Assembly (NCBI GenBank): GCA_002269645.1
Contig: NIVC01000224.1
Span: forward strand, 414,185-478,184
Length of the DNA: 64,000 nt
From: Macrostomum lignano
Lineage: Eukaryota
Direction: 5' to 3'
Shown here one piece after another: positions 1 through 13,320 of the stretch. A program made the position numbers and the translations under genes. The stretch's first letter is position 1. Each line of letters starts with the position of its first letter. Below the pieces are notes generated by a model, which worked only from the letters and a program-made list of their open reading frames with translations, ran no database searches and was not told the origin of the DNA.

Positions 1-65
1 GTTAGCGGACGAGCTGGCCGAGATTCTCGGGCCTAAAAGGCCGGGTAGGTGAGCCTCCCTTGAGG

Positions 66-287
66 GACCCGGATCAAACCCTAATCCGTAAAATTCGTCC
101 GGAAACTGACCCGGATCAAACCCTAATCCGTAAAGTTCGTCCGGAAACTGACCCGAATCAAACCCTAATCCGTAAAATTCGTCCGGAAACTGACCCGAAT
201 CAAACCCTAATCCGTAAAGTTCGTCCGGAAACTGACCCGGATCAAACCCTAATCCGTAAAATTCGTCCGGAAACTGACCCGGATCCG
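66..287. repeat. 42-bp minisatellite (GACCCGGATCAAACCCTAATCCGTAAAATTCGTCCGGAAACT), about 5 copies
   Basis: Direct tandem copies visible; explains the repetitive ORF 60..290. Confidence 0.95.
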
Positions 288-1040
288 TGACCCGTGTTCC
301 CCGATCCGGTATTTTCGCCCAGAACATATTTTGCTGATCCGGCTCTCAGTTCCGGGAGAGAAGTATGTAAGCTTGGGTCATGAACAAAATCCGGATTACA
401 TAGTAAAATTTTGACACATTTTCAGGCAAATTTCCCGGATCAAATACATTACAGAATAGGAAAAATTTCCGGGAAAAGCCTAAAATTTCCGGGTCAAGTT
501 TCCGGGTGAATTTTTCGACGGGTCCTGAGTAAAAGCAGTGCATTCACAGATGAACTAGTCCTCATTCTCGACACCAGTAAAGCAAAATCCTTGCCACGGA
601 TTTTCTCTGGAGGTGACAAAACAGCCATGGCCTGAGAGGTTATCACCCTGATGTCCCTACGGTTGAGTCCAACCAGGGCCCTGTGGAGGGCGGTGGAAAG
701 ACAGGGGATTGCCGCAGGGGGGGGGGTGGGGTGTAGTGGCCGTATTTAAGTCTGTGTGTGCTGGTGTGGCTTCTCAGGGGTCGCAGACTTTACCTGTTAA
801 TAAGTACACATCAATATTTGCTAAGTATCTTTCTCATTCGTTCCAATATAATCGTTACAGGTCTATCTATACGGACTGTTTGTAATGCTTCTGTCGTCAA
901 CTCCAATGATTCTAACAGCGCATTGTCGTTTGTTATTCAGGTGGGTTTTTGAACTTGTTTATCAATTAATGCACGTAGCCAGGGTAACTGTTTTAGTAGG
1001 TAAATTCCCTGCAGTATAACACGCAAACTTCCCAGTCTAA

Positions 1041-1405
1041 CATGTAAACTCCCTGTCTAACAGGTAAACTCCCTATCTAACAAGTAAACTCCCTATCTAA
1101 CAGGTAAACTCCCTATCTAACAGGTAAACTCCTTATCTAACAGGTAAACTCCCTATCTAACAGGTAAACTCCCTGTCTAACAGGTAAACTCCCTATCTAA
1201 CAGGTAAACTCCGTATCTAACAGGTAAACTCCCTGTCTAACAGGTAAACTCCCTATCTAACAGGTAAACTCCCTATCTAACAGGTAAACTCCCTATCTAA
1301 CAGGTAAACTCCCTATCTAACAGGTAAACTCCCTATCTAACAGGTAAACTCCCTATCTAACAGGTAAACTCCCTGTCTAATAGGTAAACTCCTAGTCTAA
1401 TAGGT
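1041..1405. repeat. 20-bp minisatellite (CAGGTAAACTCCCTATCTAA)n
   Basis: Near-perfect tandem copies. Confidence 0.95.
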
Positions 1406-1498
1406 AAATTTCCAATTTAATATTAAGGTTGAAATGTTAATGTTATTAAAGTGTTACCATAAACTTGTAAATTATATTAATTATATGAAAGTTGTAAT

Positions 1499-1918
1499 AT
1501 GAATCATCCAATTGGCAGTGAGCCGACTGTATGGTCCCTGATCATCTGCCTAGAATGCGCACAGTCTCTGTCTCACCTTGCCAGCATGTCTAGCCTAAAT
1601 GCATTAATTATGCAATCATTGAGGCCTGCTCAACTAGGCCCAATCAGCGCAGCCGTCATGGCTTGCAGTTCACTGGCTCGCCTGTTTGCTCCAATGGCCG
1701 CTGGTAGTTTATTGGCGGCCCAATTGACTCAACAGTCTCTGCGTTTGAGTAGTTCAACTATGCCGGATTTTGGCCTGCCGTTTCTCCTACTCGGTCTGGT
1801 TATTATTTTGTGCGGCCTGGCTTGTATGCCGCTGTGTCTGCTGGCCGCCTGCGCTGCTAAACCATCAGTTTCTGTTGGTCTCGATCGGCCGAATTTCCGT
1901 AGGGACAATGCGGGATAA
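1499..1918 (+). CDS. Probable terminal exon of an MFS-type membrane transporter (last TM helices)
   Basis: ORF with hydrophobic helices and an MFS-like C-terminal pattern (LNALIMQSLRPAQLGPISAAVMACSSLARLFAPMAAGSLL...FGLPFLLLGLVIILCGLA); possible acceptor TTGGCAG ending 1518; upstream exons not identified. Confidence 0.45.
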   Translation: MNHPIGSEPTVWSLIICLECAQSLSHLASMSSLNALIMQSLRPAQLGPISAAVMACSSLARLFAPMAAGSLLAAQLTQQSLRLSSSTMPDFGLPFLLLGLVIILCGLACMPLCLLAACAAKPSVSVGLDRPNFRRDNAG

Positions 1919-1951
1919 TGGAGTGAAAAGAAAGGCTTTACGTTAATTGTT

Positions 1952-2331
1952 GTCACGTGACTCTTTTTTCGGCAAATAGGCGATGCAAAAGTGTCTATTG
2001 GACATGACCATTGTCACGTGACTGTTCTATCAGCCAGTAAACAATGCAAGCAGACTATTGGGCAAAACGATTGTCACGTGACTATTCTCTCGGCTAATAG
2101 CCAATAGACTATTGTCACGTGACTGTTCTATCAGCCAATAAACAATGCAAGCAGACTATTGGGCGAAACGATCGTCACGTGACTATTCTCTCGGCTAATA
2201 GCCAATAGACTATTGTCACGTGACTGTTCTATCAGCCAATAAACGATGCAGACAGTCTATTAACGAGACGATTGTCACGTGACTGCTTTCCCAGCCAATA
2301 AGCGACTTTCATTAGTGTGTGTTGCCAATAG
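1952..2331. promoter_or_regulatory. Array of 7 palindromic GTCACGTGAC E-boxes with adjacent CCAAT boxes (101-bp higher-order repeat)
   Basis: GTCACGTGAC at 1952, 2013, 2073, 2114, 2174, 2215, 2274; CCAAT or a 1-mismatch variant 11 nt downstream of each; ATTGG 11 nt upstream of three. Function inferred. Confidence 0.5.
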
Positions 2332-3429
2332 AGAGCAACCGGGTGAAAAAAGCACGGTTGAGTCCATTTTACTCAGTAAACACAACTTTAAAGGATACTT
2401 AGCAATCGCCCTTTATATCCTCGACGTCTGTATCGATCATGTTACTTTGTTGCGATTTATTATTTATATCCACACAAAACTTATATTGTTTTCTGCCCAT
2501 GTTAGTTACCTGTTCAACGGTGGAAAACAAACGAAAAAAAATCATATCAGCTCGCGTTGCAGTTTTCTCTGATGCAGTCGAACATTTTAGAATATTTTAT
2601 CATTATATTTCGATTTTACATTTGTTTTATTTCTATTATCTAGGTGCATTCCAATTGAGAATTGATTTATAATCTAGTCATTAGGCATATCAAGCTTGTA
2701 TTTTTGAAAGTCTTTTACTGAATTTTTTTAACGAAAACTTCTGTAAATATATTCGTACTTGACCGTTACTGAGACCTTCTTTCTTGCGAGTATATTGTGT
2801 TAATTATACATTTTTGTACTGTTGTAAGACACAGCTGTTCAAACTTTGCGTACTGTTTTCTCAACTTTTTTATTGTGTCATCTAGTGTTTGCTTTTGTTT
2901 TTCGTTTGTGTATTGTTTAATTGTTTAATTCAATTGTTTTCCTTTGTTTTAATTACTCAAGCAGCTTCTCTTTCTGTACGAGAGTCTACATGCAAGTGCA
3001 ACGCATTAATGCAATTTTCATTGAACTTTTGCACTGCAGTGTAACCAGAAAGACACCTTTTTTGTCGTTGACGTCCAAGTCAATTTGTTTTACGTGTTTT
3101 TAAAAATTATTTTATATTTATTTCTCTTGTCGTCTAAAATTTAAATATTTGCCACGTATAAAGTACAAACGGAATACTGTTTTGTGTTTGTATTTGTTTT
3201 ATTATTGGTGCTTGTTAAAGAAGATTTTGTTGTTTAAATTCTCTGAATATTGATTGTTTTCTGCGAACTATTTAGCAAATTAATTTTCGCGCATCTGTTT
3301 ATTCAAATTTAAAAAAATTAAATTATGTGTACTTTTATTAACTTCTTGATTGTAAAACGCGGAAACAAATGCAACTCAGAGTCAGTGTTTAGAGGCATTT
3401 GTAATTTCTACTCATAATGCCTAATTGAC

Positions 3430-4070
3430 CAGTCAGTCAGTCAGTCGGTCAGTCAGCCAGCCAGCCAGTCAGTCAGTCAGTCAGTCAGTCAGTCAGTCAG
3501 TCAGTCAGTCAGCCAGCCAGTCAGTCAGTCAGTCAGTCAGTCAGTCAGTCAGCCAGCCAGTCAGTCAGTCAGTCAGCCAGTCAGTCGGTCAGTCAGTCAG
3601 TCAGTCAGTCAGTCAGTCAGCCAGTCAGTCGGTCAGTCAGTCAGTCAGTCAGTCAGCCAGCCAGTCAGTCAGTCAGTCAGTCAGTCAGTCAGTCAGTCAG
3701 TCAGTCAGTCAGTCAGTCAGTCGGTCAGTCAGTCAGTCAGTTAGTCAGTGAGTCAGTCAGTGAGTCAGCCAGTCAGTCAGTCAGTCAGCCAGCCAGTCAG
3801 TCAGCCAGTCAGTCAGTCAGTCAGCCAGTCAGTCAGTCAATCAGTCAGTTAGTCAGTCAATCAGTCAGTTAGTCAGTCAATCAGTCAGTTAGTCAGTCAG
3901 TCAGCCAGTCAGTCAGTCAGTCAGTCAGTCAGTCAGTCAGTCAGTCAGTCAGTCAGTCAGCCAGCCAGTCAGTCAGTCAGTCAGCCAGTCAGTCAGTCAG
4001 TCAGTCAGCCAGTCAGTCAGTCAGTCAGTCAGTCAGTCAGTCAGTCAGTCAGTCAGTTAGCCAGTCAGTC
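3430..4070. repeat. (CAGT)n microsatellite
   Basis: Long tetranucleotide run with CAGC/CGGT variants. Confidence 0.97.
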
Positions 4071-4903
4071 AAATTTTCTGGTACAGTAAAATATTTTAAA
4101 GGTTTCCAAGTTACCAAAGTTTTAAAAAACCATGTAAGCCTGTTAATTAGATACCAGAATTCTATTATCTCAAAGTTTCCCAAATCCTACAATTCTGAAA
4201 TCCCTAAGCTTCCCATATCCCCAAATTTTGAAATCTCTAATTCCTCAAAACTATTTTGATTTCTGAACTTTAAACTTTCATTTGGCTAGCATAAAATACT
4301 CAATTATACTACTCAATACGAATCTCAATCTAAATACAAGATACTACAAGTTGCATTGCATCTAATGCCAGTATTGCCATCTGTTTTAATGGCGTTTGTG
4401 CTATCCTCAAACCCTATACAGTCAAGGTTAAGCAGTGTTTTACTCAATGAGCTGCTATCATTTTGTAATAACAGTTATTATTTTAATAATGCTAACTAAA
4501 ATACACGTGAAAAAACCATGCTTTTTAGTGTTGTTTTTTTAAATTCATTGTTTAAATTATTTCTCACTGATAAACCAATTAAGTTAACATAATTAAACCA
4601 TAATTAACATTAAAACTCCAGTCAGTACTCCTGGTTCGTAATGTTTATTTAGCACAATGCTGCGGTTTTGACCCTGTTATTTGACCCTGCAATTGTGCTT
4701 GAGTTAAATGTACATTTCGTTTTCGAAAATCGTAATACCCTGAATAGACGTGACCAAATCGATATGCTCTGGGTTTTTATGCATTAGAATCACAATGCAA
4801 TGTGCCATCGTGCGTCGCATTATCTCGAAACTGAATTTTAGCTTGATTATTTTTTATTTTTTTACAGTATAGCTTGGCAAGCATTTATTCTAATTGCAGA
4901 CAA

Positions 4904-6424
4904 ATGGCGGAGCCGACCACTTCCTGCTTTATCAAAGGCTGCACCGATCCTGTGTCTGGCACCGGTGCTCGAATCCGTCAGCCACTGTGTGTAAGACATC
5001 TTGAACAGGACAGGCACAGGGTGCGTGAGCTGCACAGGAATTTACAGACCAAACTGAAGCCATTGCTGGAATTGCAGAAAGAATTCAGGATGCAGCAGCA
5101 AGCTCTGTCAGTTGAGCTGCAAGAGACTGAGGAGCTGTTTGAGTCGGCTGTGGACTCGCTGATGAAGTGGAAGGCAGCTGTGACAAAGCGACTGACTGAG
5201 AGACACGACAGCGTGTTGCAGAATCTGCAGCAGTTGTCCGCTCTGCAGGAGTATGAGCGAGAAGTGACGGAAGCAGAAGAGCACAATGACTTCAATAAGA
5301 TGTTTGAAATTTCTAACGCGTTAGATATAAAGAGTGAAGAGTTGCAGATGACGTGCGACACGACTATTACCGAAGACTCTGAGCGAGGCACTGGAAGGAC
5401 TGTGGGCGATGTGAGCGGCTGTGTGAGAGACTTGCAGCTGCTGATTGACAGACACCTGAGTGATGTGATGCAGCTGTGCGAGTCAGCAGAGCCTCTTACT
5501 GCACAAAAGCCAATCTGTGAGTTTCAGTCTGAAATAAAAGATCTGCCGGGTTCTCCTTTCTATGTAACATCATGCAGCAACACGCAAGGCTTTTACGTGG
5601 ACTCTCAGAGCAAGGTGGTCAAGGAGGTCACTGACAGAGAGCTCCCACAGCCGTGTCTCTTCGTTAGTTTTCATCCTGAGAATAAGATGAACTACCTTCT
5701 TGCCTGTTCAGTAGACGGCAAAGTAAAGGCAAAAGTTCCTCTCGAAATTGACACCTCAGAACCTGTTGCTGGACTCTGCTCTGACAGCAAGCGACAGACT
5801 ATTTATGTTGCGGAGTTTGATGCAGTGAAAGTGACGGACCTGAGCGGCTGCGTGACGCAGGTTTTCAACTCGAGCAGCCTGGGACAGCCAGTCGACTTTA
5901 TTGCTTTGGCCTGCAGCTCTGACAAGATATTTGCTTTGAGCGATGTCAACCCAGAATGGTCAGTGCTGTGCATCGATAAAGACAGCGGTCAGCTGCAGGC
6001 CAACATTACCTTAGTTGGTGTCAGTCTCTCTGGTAAATTCACTGAGGGCATGTCTGTAATCGACAACTCGCTGCTGCTCACTGACTATGAAGGTGGGAAG
6101 CTCTACAAAGTGTGCATCGCCAGCGGTCAGCTGATCTCGACCTACCCGACCAAGCGAAGCCGTTTTAAAAAGTTTTCTGGACCGGTTGGTGTCGCGGCTC
6201 ATCGCTCAGGTCTGCTGTGTGTCAGCGAGTATGCAGAGCATGCGGTTACTTTGATGCGGAGTGACGGCACTGTGCTGCAGACTATCGAACTCGAGGGTCA
6301 AGCTGGCAGTGACGGTGACGAACTTGATGACCCATTTGGCTTGGCGATCGTTGAAGGAAGCCCGAAGCTGCTGGCGGTGTGTCAAGATTCAAAATCGATT
6401 GGCCTTTATAAGCTTACTGTGTAA
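4904..6424 (+). CDS. RING-less TRIM-like protein, copy 1 (506 aa): C-x4-C...C-x2-H zinc finger, coiled coil, NHL-type beta-propeller
   Basis: Intronless ORF; ATG at 4904 4 nt after a TTGCAG acceptor; N-terminal CFIKGC...PLCVRH, heptad-like helical region, NHL-like repeats ([26 protein letters not shown]). Confidence 0.8.
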   Translation: MAEPTTSCFIKGCTDPVSGTGARIRQPLCVRHLEQDRHRVRELHRNLQTKLKPLLELQKEFRMQQQALSVELQETEELFESAVDSLMKWKAAVTKRLTERHDSVLQNLQQLSALQEYEREVTEAEEHNDFNKMFEISNALDIKSEELQMTCDTTITEDSERGTGRTVGDVSGCVRDLQLLIDRHLSDVMQLCESAEPLTAQKPICEFQSEIKDLPGSPFYVTSCSNTQGFYVDSQSKVVKEVTDRELPQPCLFVSFHPENKMNYLLACSVDGKVKAKVPLEIDTSEPVAGLCSDSKRQTIYVAEFDAVKVTDLSGCVTQVFNSSSLGQPVDFIALACSSDKIFALSDVNPEWSVLCIDKDSGQLQANITLVGVSLSGKFTEGMSVIDNSLLLTDYEGGKLYKVCIASGQLISTYPTKRSRFKKFSGPVGVAAHRSGLLCVSEYAEHAVTLMRSDGTVLQTIELEGQAGSDGDELDDPFGLAIVEGSPKLLAVCQDSKSIGLYKLTV

Positions 6425-8215
6425 TTTTAAAGTTTATTCGCATCTCTACGGTTTCAAATCTTATTTGACGTCTATGTTAATTGTTGTTTTGTCCACCCTC
6501 AATGCCGTTTTTGGCAGGTCATGAGCATTCGCATACTTTTATAGTAACAGTTACTAGTCTACTGTTATGAGTGGTCATTTTGTTTTAGCTTGATCATAGA
6601 CGCAAATATTTTCATTAATAGAGCCGTTTAAGTATACCAATGATAAATTTTTCGCAGATTTAATCAATTTCTTTTCAACGTAACTACAAAGAAAAATCCT
6701 TATCCATCGACTAAGTTTTATTTTAACTTACTAAAATACTTTGAATTGAATGCTTTCGTAACCCTGTGTTGTAGATACGTACGGGCTATTGTCTGCAATT
6801 ACATATATGCTTGTCTTTCTTTCAAATGTAATCGATTTTTTATTTGTGAAAGCGAGGCTTTGGATCCATTTTTAGCTAATTACTTTTCGGATTTCGGATT
6901 AGAAGCCTATGAGTTTGATTTTTGGAAATTTTAAATTTTTGAGTCAGTATAACAAAATCTATCATAATAATCGATACAGCATGTCTGATATTAAGAGATA
7001 AAATTTCTCAACTCTCGGAAATTGAACTCATACACACGAGTAAATACAAATGCCAAAAATATTCTATTAATTGCCAACTTTTCGACTTTTCTATTTTTCT
7101 GATCCCCCGCGTGTTGCCATACATGCGGCTATATATGGCTTTTTTTATGTCTTTCCGCATTAATTGTTTTTCTTTTAAGTTTGATTCACCCTTTTTTAAT
7201 TAAAATGTCTTTTGACAAGAAATATACAAACAATTGACTGATTTGCCGATAAAGTTATGCAATGTCTTAATGTGCTTTTTTCAGTTTCTGTGTTTGGAAT
7301 CCATTAGGTAGGTTTAAAGGTAACTAAGATTGGCGTGAAGTATTTCACATTATTTAAGAATGTCTGGGACTTTTATAATAAGGTTGTTCCAGTCGGCTGT
7401 TTAAGTGCCTGCTGCTAGACAGTTTTTGCTTCCTTGACCGAAATTTCTTCCTGGGTACCAACTTAAACTTCAATTTTAATAGAACAGTCCTACCTGTTGC
7501 TAAGGCTATGTCCACTTGCCATTACTTTTGAATAACTGGACGAATTACGAATTGTGACTACGAAACTTCGTCCTAATTGTCCTTTCAACATGAAGGAGAG
7601 TGTGACTCATGAGATTTTCTTGTGTCAGCTGTTATCTGACAGCTATCCTATCAGAAGTTAACAATGCTTGGACGAAATGGCTGTTGTTTGTTCCAAATAG
7701 CAATGCCTCGATTTGCTCCTAACAGTTCAGACTTGGCTTAAGCTTTTTTCACCAAGTAACTAATATTAGTTTGGCAGCAGTGAAGATCAACCCCACATTG
7801 CTTGCATCTACTTTTGCTGCTCATATCAAGACTTGCGACCTGGTGCTAAAAAAAACAGAAGGCAATGGCAAAGATGCAGTCAGAGCTGGACGAACAGCGC
7901 CAGGTTGTGGCAGAGCGCGAGAAGGCGAATATGACACAACAGCAGAAGGCAGCACACTCTTGTGCAAGCTGACATTAGTGCCCTGCTAAAAGATGCCAGC
8001 CGTTATGGTGTTCCCAATTCTGCAAAGAAGCTGCAGAAAAAACTTGAATGACTATGCTTCCCTGAATTTCACTCTGTCACAAGCTGTCTCCAAACCTTTC
8101 CGATTGTAAAATTCCCATGTTTAAAGTGTCAAAAATCCTTAAGCCAGCCTATTGCAGCGCCCCTGAAGTGACACATTTTGGCCCTAAAAGTTCTCATCCA
8201 GATTGAATGTTTTTT

Positions 8216-8322
8216 AACCAATGAATGCGCTCCAACTAGCAAAAGCTGAGGACACGACCCCAACCAATGAAAAGTAGCTATGGATCACCCAATGCGATCA
8301 AGACTGAAAAGTACTATAAAAG
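8216..8322 (+). promoter_or_regulatory. Putative promoter: three CCAAT boxes plus TATAAAAG
   Basis: CCAAT at 8218, 8264, 8289; TATAAAAG at 8315-8322; about 850 bp upstream of the copy 2 ATG; could be an LTR U3 remnant. Confidence 0.4.
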
Positions 8323-9166
8323 CCCATGTCAACCAAGCAAGAAGCTCGCCTTTTTTTGCCCCTCTCTTTTTCCCTCTCCCCTCTTTTAGCTTTTGTTAGC
8401 TACCTAAGAATTACCTTTGATTGAAACAGTTAGGGTCTCAACCCGAATACCAAAACTGATAAATTAATCTATTGAAACCAAACTAACAATCAACCCACAC
8501 TCCACAACAGACTGAACCTTCGGTTCACCCCAAACAACAAGAACCCATTGTAGCTTGAACCGAACGAGCTTCTTATTTGGAATTCCATCTTAGACATTCT
8601 ATTTTGTAAGATAACATCTCAAGATTGTGACCATCAAATACAACGGTCAAGTGTTTGCATTATCAGGAAAAGTCAGTTGAATCCGCCGCCTCAGTTATTT
8701 GGCTCTCACAATGAAACCTGAAGTAGACATAGAGCCATAGGGATGAGAGACCAGACGAGCAACACCATATTTAAAATATTTCCCCCCATCATCAGAAATG
8801 GGCTCATAGGAGCAATCTAATCTATTTATTCATCCTTGATGCAGACAGCGTACAAAATGAAGAGCTAGGCAAAGCTTTGTCCTAAACACACCAGTGCTAT
8901 AGATACAATTATCGATGCCATTAATACCATAGTCCCGTGCAAATTTAAATTCCTATTCATCTGGATCTGACCGCAAAATTGAAGTTTCCGTTTTTAAGCA
9001 AGTTATATGGTTTCAAAAGTAACTTTAAAGTTGTGAATTACGTCATTTGGTCCCTCTCGCATCATATCAACTTAAATATGGCATTTTTGGCTTTGTTAAA
9101 AGTTTTTCAGTATTTTCACAGGAAAAGTATTTTTCATTATTTTAAAGTATTTTCAGTTCCAACTCA

Positions 9167-10687
9167 ATGTCGGAGCCGACCACTTCCTGCTTTATCAAAG
9201 GCTGCACCGATCCTGTGTCTGGCACCGGTGCTCGAATACGTCAGCCACTGTGTGAAAGACATCTCGAACAGGACAGGCACAGGGTGCGTGAGTTGCACAA
9301 GAATTTACATACAAAGATGAAGCCCTTGCTGAAATTGCAAACCATATTTCGGATGCAGCAGCAAGCTCTGTCAGTTGAGCTGCAAGAGACTGAGGAGCTG
9401 TTTGAGTCGGCTGTGGACTCGCTGATGAAGTGGAAGGCAGCTGTGACAAAGCGACTGACTGAGAGACACGACAGCGTGTTGCAGAATCTGCAGCAGTTGT
9501 CCGCTCTGCAGGAGTATGAGCGAGAAGTGACGGAAGCAGAAAAGCACAATGACTTCAATAAGATGTTTGAAATTTCTAACGCGTTAGATATAAAGAGTGA
9601 AGAGTTGCAGACGACGTGTGGCACGGCGTCTAACGAAGACTCTGAACGAGGCACTGTAAGGACTGTGGGCGATGTGAGCGGCTGTGTGAGGGACTTGCAG
9701 CTGCTGATTGACAGACACCTGAGTGATGTGATGCAGCTGTGCGAGTCAGCAGAGCCTCTTACTGCACAAAAGCCAATCTGTGAGTTTCAGTCTGAAATAA
9801 AAGATCTGCCGGGCTCCCCTCTCCATGTGTCATCAGGCAGCAACACGCAAGGCTTTTACGTGGACTCTCAGAGAAAGGTGGTCAAGGAGGTCACTGACAG
9901 AGAGCTCCCACAGCCGTGTCTCTTCATTAGTTTTTGTCCTAATCATAAGATAAACCACCTTCTTGCCTGCTCAGTCGACGGCTTAGTGAAAGCGCAGCTA
10001 CAGCTCGACATTGATGTCTCAAAAACTGTTGTAGGACTCTGCTGTGACAGCAAGCGACAGAGTCTTTATGTCGCCCAGTTTGATGTAGTGAAAGTGACGG
10101 ACCTGAGCGGCTGCGTGACGCAGGTTTTGAACTCTAGCAGCCTGGGACAGCCAGTCAACTTTTTTGCCTTGACCTGCAGCTCTGACAAGATATTTGCTTT
10201 GAGCAAAGGCAACCCAGAATGGTCAGTGCTGTGCATCGATAAAGACAGCGGTCAGCTGCAGACTAAAATTTCCTTGATTGGAGCCAGTCCCTCTGGTAAA
10301 TATGTCGAGGGCATGTCTGTAATCGACAATACGCTGCTGCTTGCTGACTATGCCGGTGGCAAGCTCTACAAAGTGTGCATCGCCAGCGGTCAGCTGATTA
10401 CGACCTACCCGACCAAGCGAAGTCCTCTGGAGAAGTTTCGTGGAACTGTTGGTGTCGCGGTTCATCCGTCGGGTCTGCTGTTTGTCAGCGAGCGTTCAGG
10501 GCATGTGGTTCGTTTGATGCGGAGTGACGGCACTGTGCTGCAGACTGTCGCAGTGGAGGGTCAGACTGGCATTTGCGGAAGAAAACTTGATAACCCATTG
10601 GGCTTGACGATCATTGAAGGAAGCCCCAAGCTGCTGGCGGTGTGTCAGAATTTAAAATCAATTGGTCTTTATACTTTTACTGTGTAA
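9167..10687 (+). CDS. RING-less TRIM-like/NHL protein, copy 2 (506 aa)
   Basis: Intact ORF paralogous to 4904..6424; ATG 10 nt after TTTCAG acceptor (ends 9156). Confidence 0.8.
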   Translation: MSEPTTSCFIKGCTDPVSGTGARIRQPLCERHLEQDRHRVRELHKNLHTKMKPLLKLQTIFRMQQQALSVELQETEELFESAVDSLMKWKAAVTKRLTERHDSVLQNLQQLSALQEYEREVTEAEKHNDFNKMFEISNALDIKSEELQTTCGTASNEDSERGTVRTVGDVSGCVRDLQLLIDRHLSDVMQLCESAEPLTAQKPICEFQSEIKDLPGSPLHVSSGSNTQGFYVDSQRKVVKEVTDRELPQPCLFISFCPNHKINHLLACSVDGLVKAQLQLDIDVSKTVVGLCCDSKRQSLYVAQFDVVKVTDLSGCVTQVLNSSSLGQPVNFFALTCSSDKIFALSKGNPEWSVLCIDKDSGQLQTKISLIGASPSGKYVEGMSVIDNTLLLADYAGGKLYKVCIASGQLITTYPTKRSPLEKFRGTVGVAVHPSGLLFVSERSGHVVRLMRSDGTVLQTVAVEGQTGICGRKLDNPLGLTIIEGSPKLLAVCQNLKSIGLYTFTV

Positions 10688-11493
10688 TTTTTAAGTTCAT
10701 CGGGATAAATTTGCGCTTGTGAAGGCTGTTTGACGTGGTGTTAGTTATTTTTTTTCACATTTAATGTTTTCTTTTTACACTTCATTAGTAGTCTAATGCT
10801 GTATTAGTAGTAATTTGAGTAGTCAGCAGTTATTTTTCGGTTCATCCGGCACGCAATTATTTGAAAAGCTATTTTTAATTTATATACTGATTTTACTGCG
10901 AGTGGAAATCAATTTTTGTTTACTTACTTTATGTGTTGTGACTAAAATTTATAGTGACTGATTAACACTGATTACCTGATGCATATTTTTCTTCTGTTCA
11001 ATTTTTCACTCTTAGCAACAAGGCTGTGATTCCTTTTTAGCAAATTACTTTTTATTCAAATTCGAAGGCTGAGTTGGACCTTCTCGAAATTTTAATTTTT
11101 TAATAGTAAGTATAACAAAATTTATCATAATAATCTAAATATAGCATTCCGTTATAGGGCTGGAGGAATTATTCGAAATTAGGAAATTTATTTTAAACAT
11201 TAATACTAGTAGGGCAATCAAAAATTTTAATAAATTGCCAACTTTCTGGCTTTTTTCTTCAGATACATCAGTGGTGCCACATTTTATGCTATTTGTTGTT
11301 TTCTGCGCTGAAATTTCTTCTATATTTGATCGTCTATTGTTGCTAAAAAGTCTTTCGACAAGAAATATACGAACTATTGAAAATTTGCTAATTTCCTGAT
11401 AAGGTTATCAAATGTCTTAAGCTGTTATTTTAGTTTCTGTGTTTGGAATCCATTAGTTAGGTTCAAATGTAACTAGGATTATATTTATATATA

Positions 11494-12186
11494 GACATTG
11501 ATAACTCCAAAACTGTTGTAGGACTTTGCTGTGAGAGCAAGCGACAGAGTCTTCATGTTGCTCAGTTTGATACAGTGAAAGTGACGGATCTGAGCGGCTG
11601 CGTGATTTAGGTTTTTGACTCAAAGAACCTCAAACAGCCAGTCGACTTCAGTGGCTTGGCCTGCAGCTCTGACAAGATATTTTCTTTGAGTTTAGGCAGC
11701 CCAGAATGGTCAGTGCTGTGCATCGATAAAGACAGCGGTCAGCTGCAGACCAAAATTACCTTAGTTGATGTCTGTCCGTCCGGTAAATTCATCGAGGGCA
11801 TGTCTGTAATTGACAACGCGCTGCTGCTCACAGACTATGCTAATGGCAAGCTCTACAAAGTGTGCATCGCCAGCAGTCAGCTGATATTGACCTACCCGAC
11901 CAAGCGAGGTCGGGTAGGTCGTGTTGCTGTCGCGGCTCATCGCTCGGGTCTGCTGTTTGTCAGTGAGTGTTTAGGGCATGTAGTTCGTGTGATGCGGAGT
12001 GACGGCACTGTGCTGCAGACTGTCGAAGTCGACTGTCAGGCTGGCAGTGACGGTGACACACTTGACGACCCGTTTGGCCTGACGATTATTGAAGGAAACC
12101 CCAAGCTGCTGGCTGTCACTCAGAGTAGCATGTCTTTCTGCATTTATAGACTGAATATGTGTGACTCTCTTGCGAAATCCTACTAA
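11494..12186 (+). pseudogene. 5'-truncated TRIM-like/NHL copy 3 (propeller half only)
   Basis: Homology starts at [13 protein letters not shown] (11494); in-frame TAG at 11608-11610 where paralogs have CAG; joined directly to the 3' flank of copy 2. Confidence 0.8.
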
Positions 12187-13320
12187 CTATTTAGTCTTTT
12201 TGTTGTCGTAACTAGTCTTGTTTCGCTCGCCTGTTTGGCTTTGCTGTTATTGATTCTGTTTCATCATTTTAAGTTTTTTATAGTTGGTTCTTACGAGTAA
12301 GCTTTTCGTTTAGTTCGTTTCCAATATGATGCAGCATTTTTGCACCAGCTATTATCGCTTTTGGGAAGTTTCGAATGTGATTTCAGACTAACAACGGGAG
12401 ACTCGCGTCACCAGTGTGTACATGCATAAATATGTGCTTTATATAATACGCGTAGCTCGTAAAGTTTAAAAATGCAACTGACGAAAATATTTAAGGTCAC
12501 TTGCAACCAATTTGAGTGAGCAAACAATTCTTTAGACAGATTTATCACTGCTAATAATGAGCTAACCGTATTATTTAAGTTTAACTTGATCGAGACAGTT
12601 CTTGCCAATTGGCAAACCAGCATTGCATGATGAGCATAGAGAGTCTTAGATTGATTTTCCCGAAGTTTAATTTAGATTAGATATTTGATGAAGTGTTTTT
12701 GACAGTGTTTGTTTTTGTTTTGTTTTTGAAGTGTTATTGACTTGTAAAAACTTTATCCTACTAGCCCACGGTAGTAAAATTTATTTTTGCTGATGCATAT
12801 TTTCGATAGTCACAAATTGCTGTCTGGCGTTCATCCTCTTATTATCCAGCTTTTTTAGGTTCCCGAAGTCTCTTATCCCTTCACTGATACTAGAATAAGT
12901 CAACATGCCACTCGCAATTAAACTTGTGAAATAGTAGAGCGTCTACGCCGTCTACTCTTCATTCAGTAGTTTTTCTGCGCAGTGTCACTTAAATTTATTG
13001 TGGCAGCTAAAATTTTCTCCTTTCCCTGGGTTGGTGGTTTTCGTAAGGTTAAGAATGAACAACAGGCATTTAACTCGATGTACGCAAGTGAACGCAAGAA
13101 GAACGAAAATCAGTCTATAAGACAGGCCCAATCTGTTATCGGCCTGGCTGTGGGCTTGAACGCCACCTCTTTCTCTCTTGCTCGCTATGCACGCATTGGA
13201 TTCGGGTTTGATTTTAAAAAGACGATGGCAATTGTTGCAGATTCGAAAGCTTTAAATATTTTGTAAAATTCAATGATTATGTATCAGATTAAACATGCCT
13301 CAGGCCCTCGTGATTTATAC

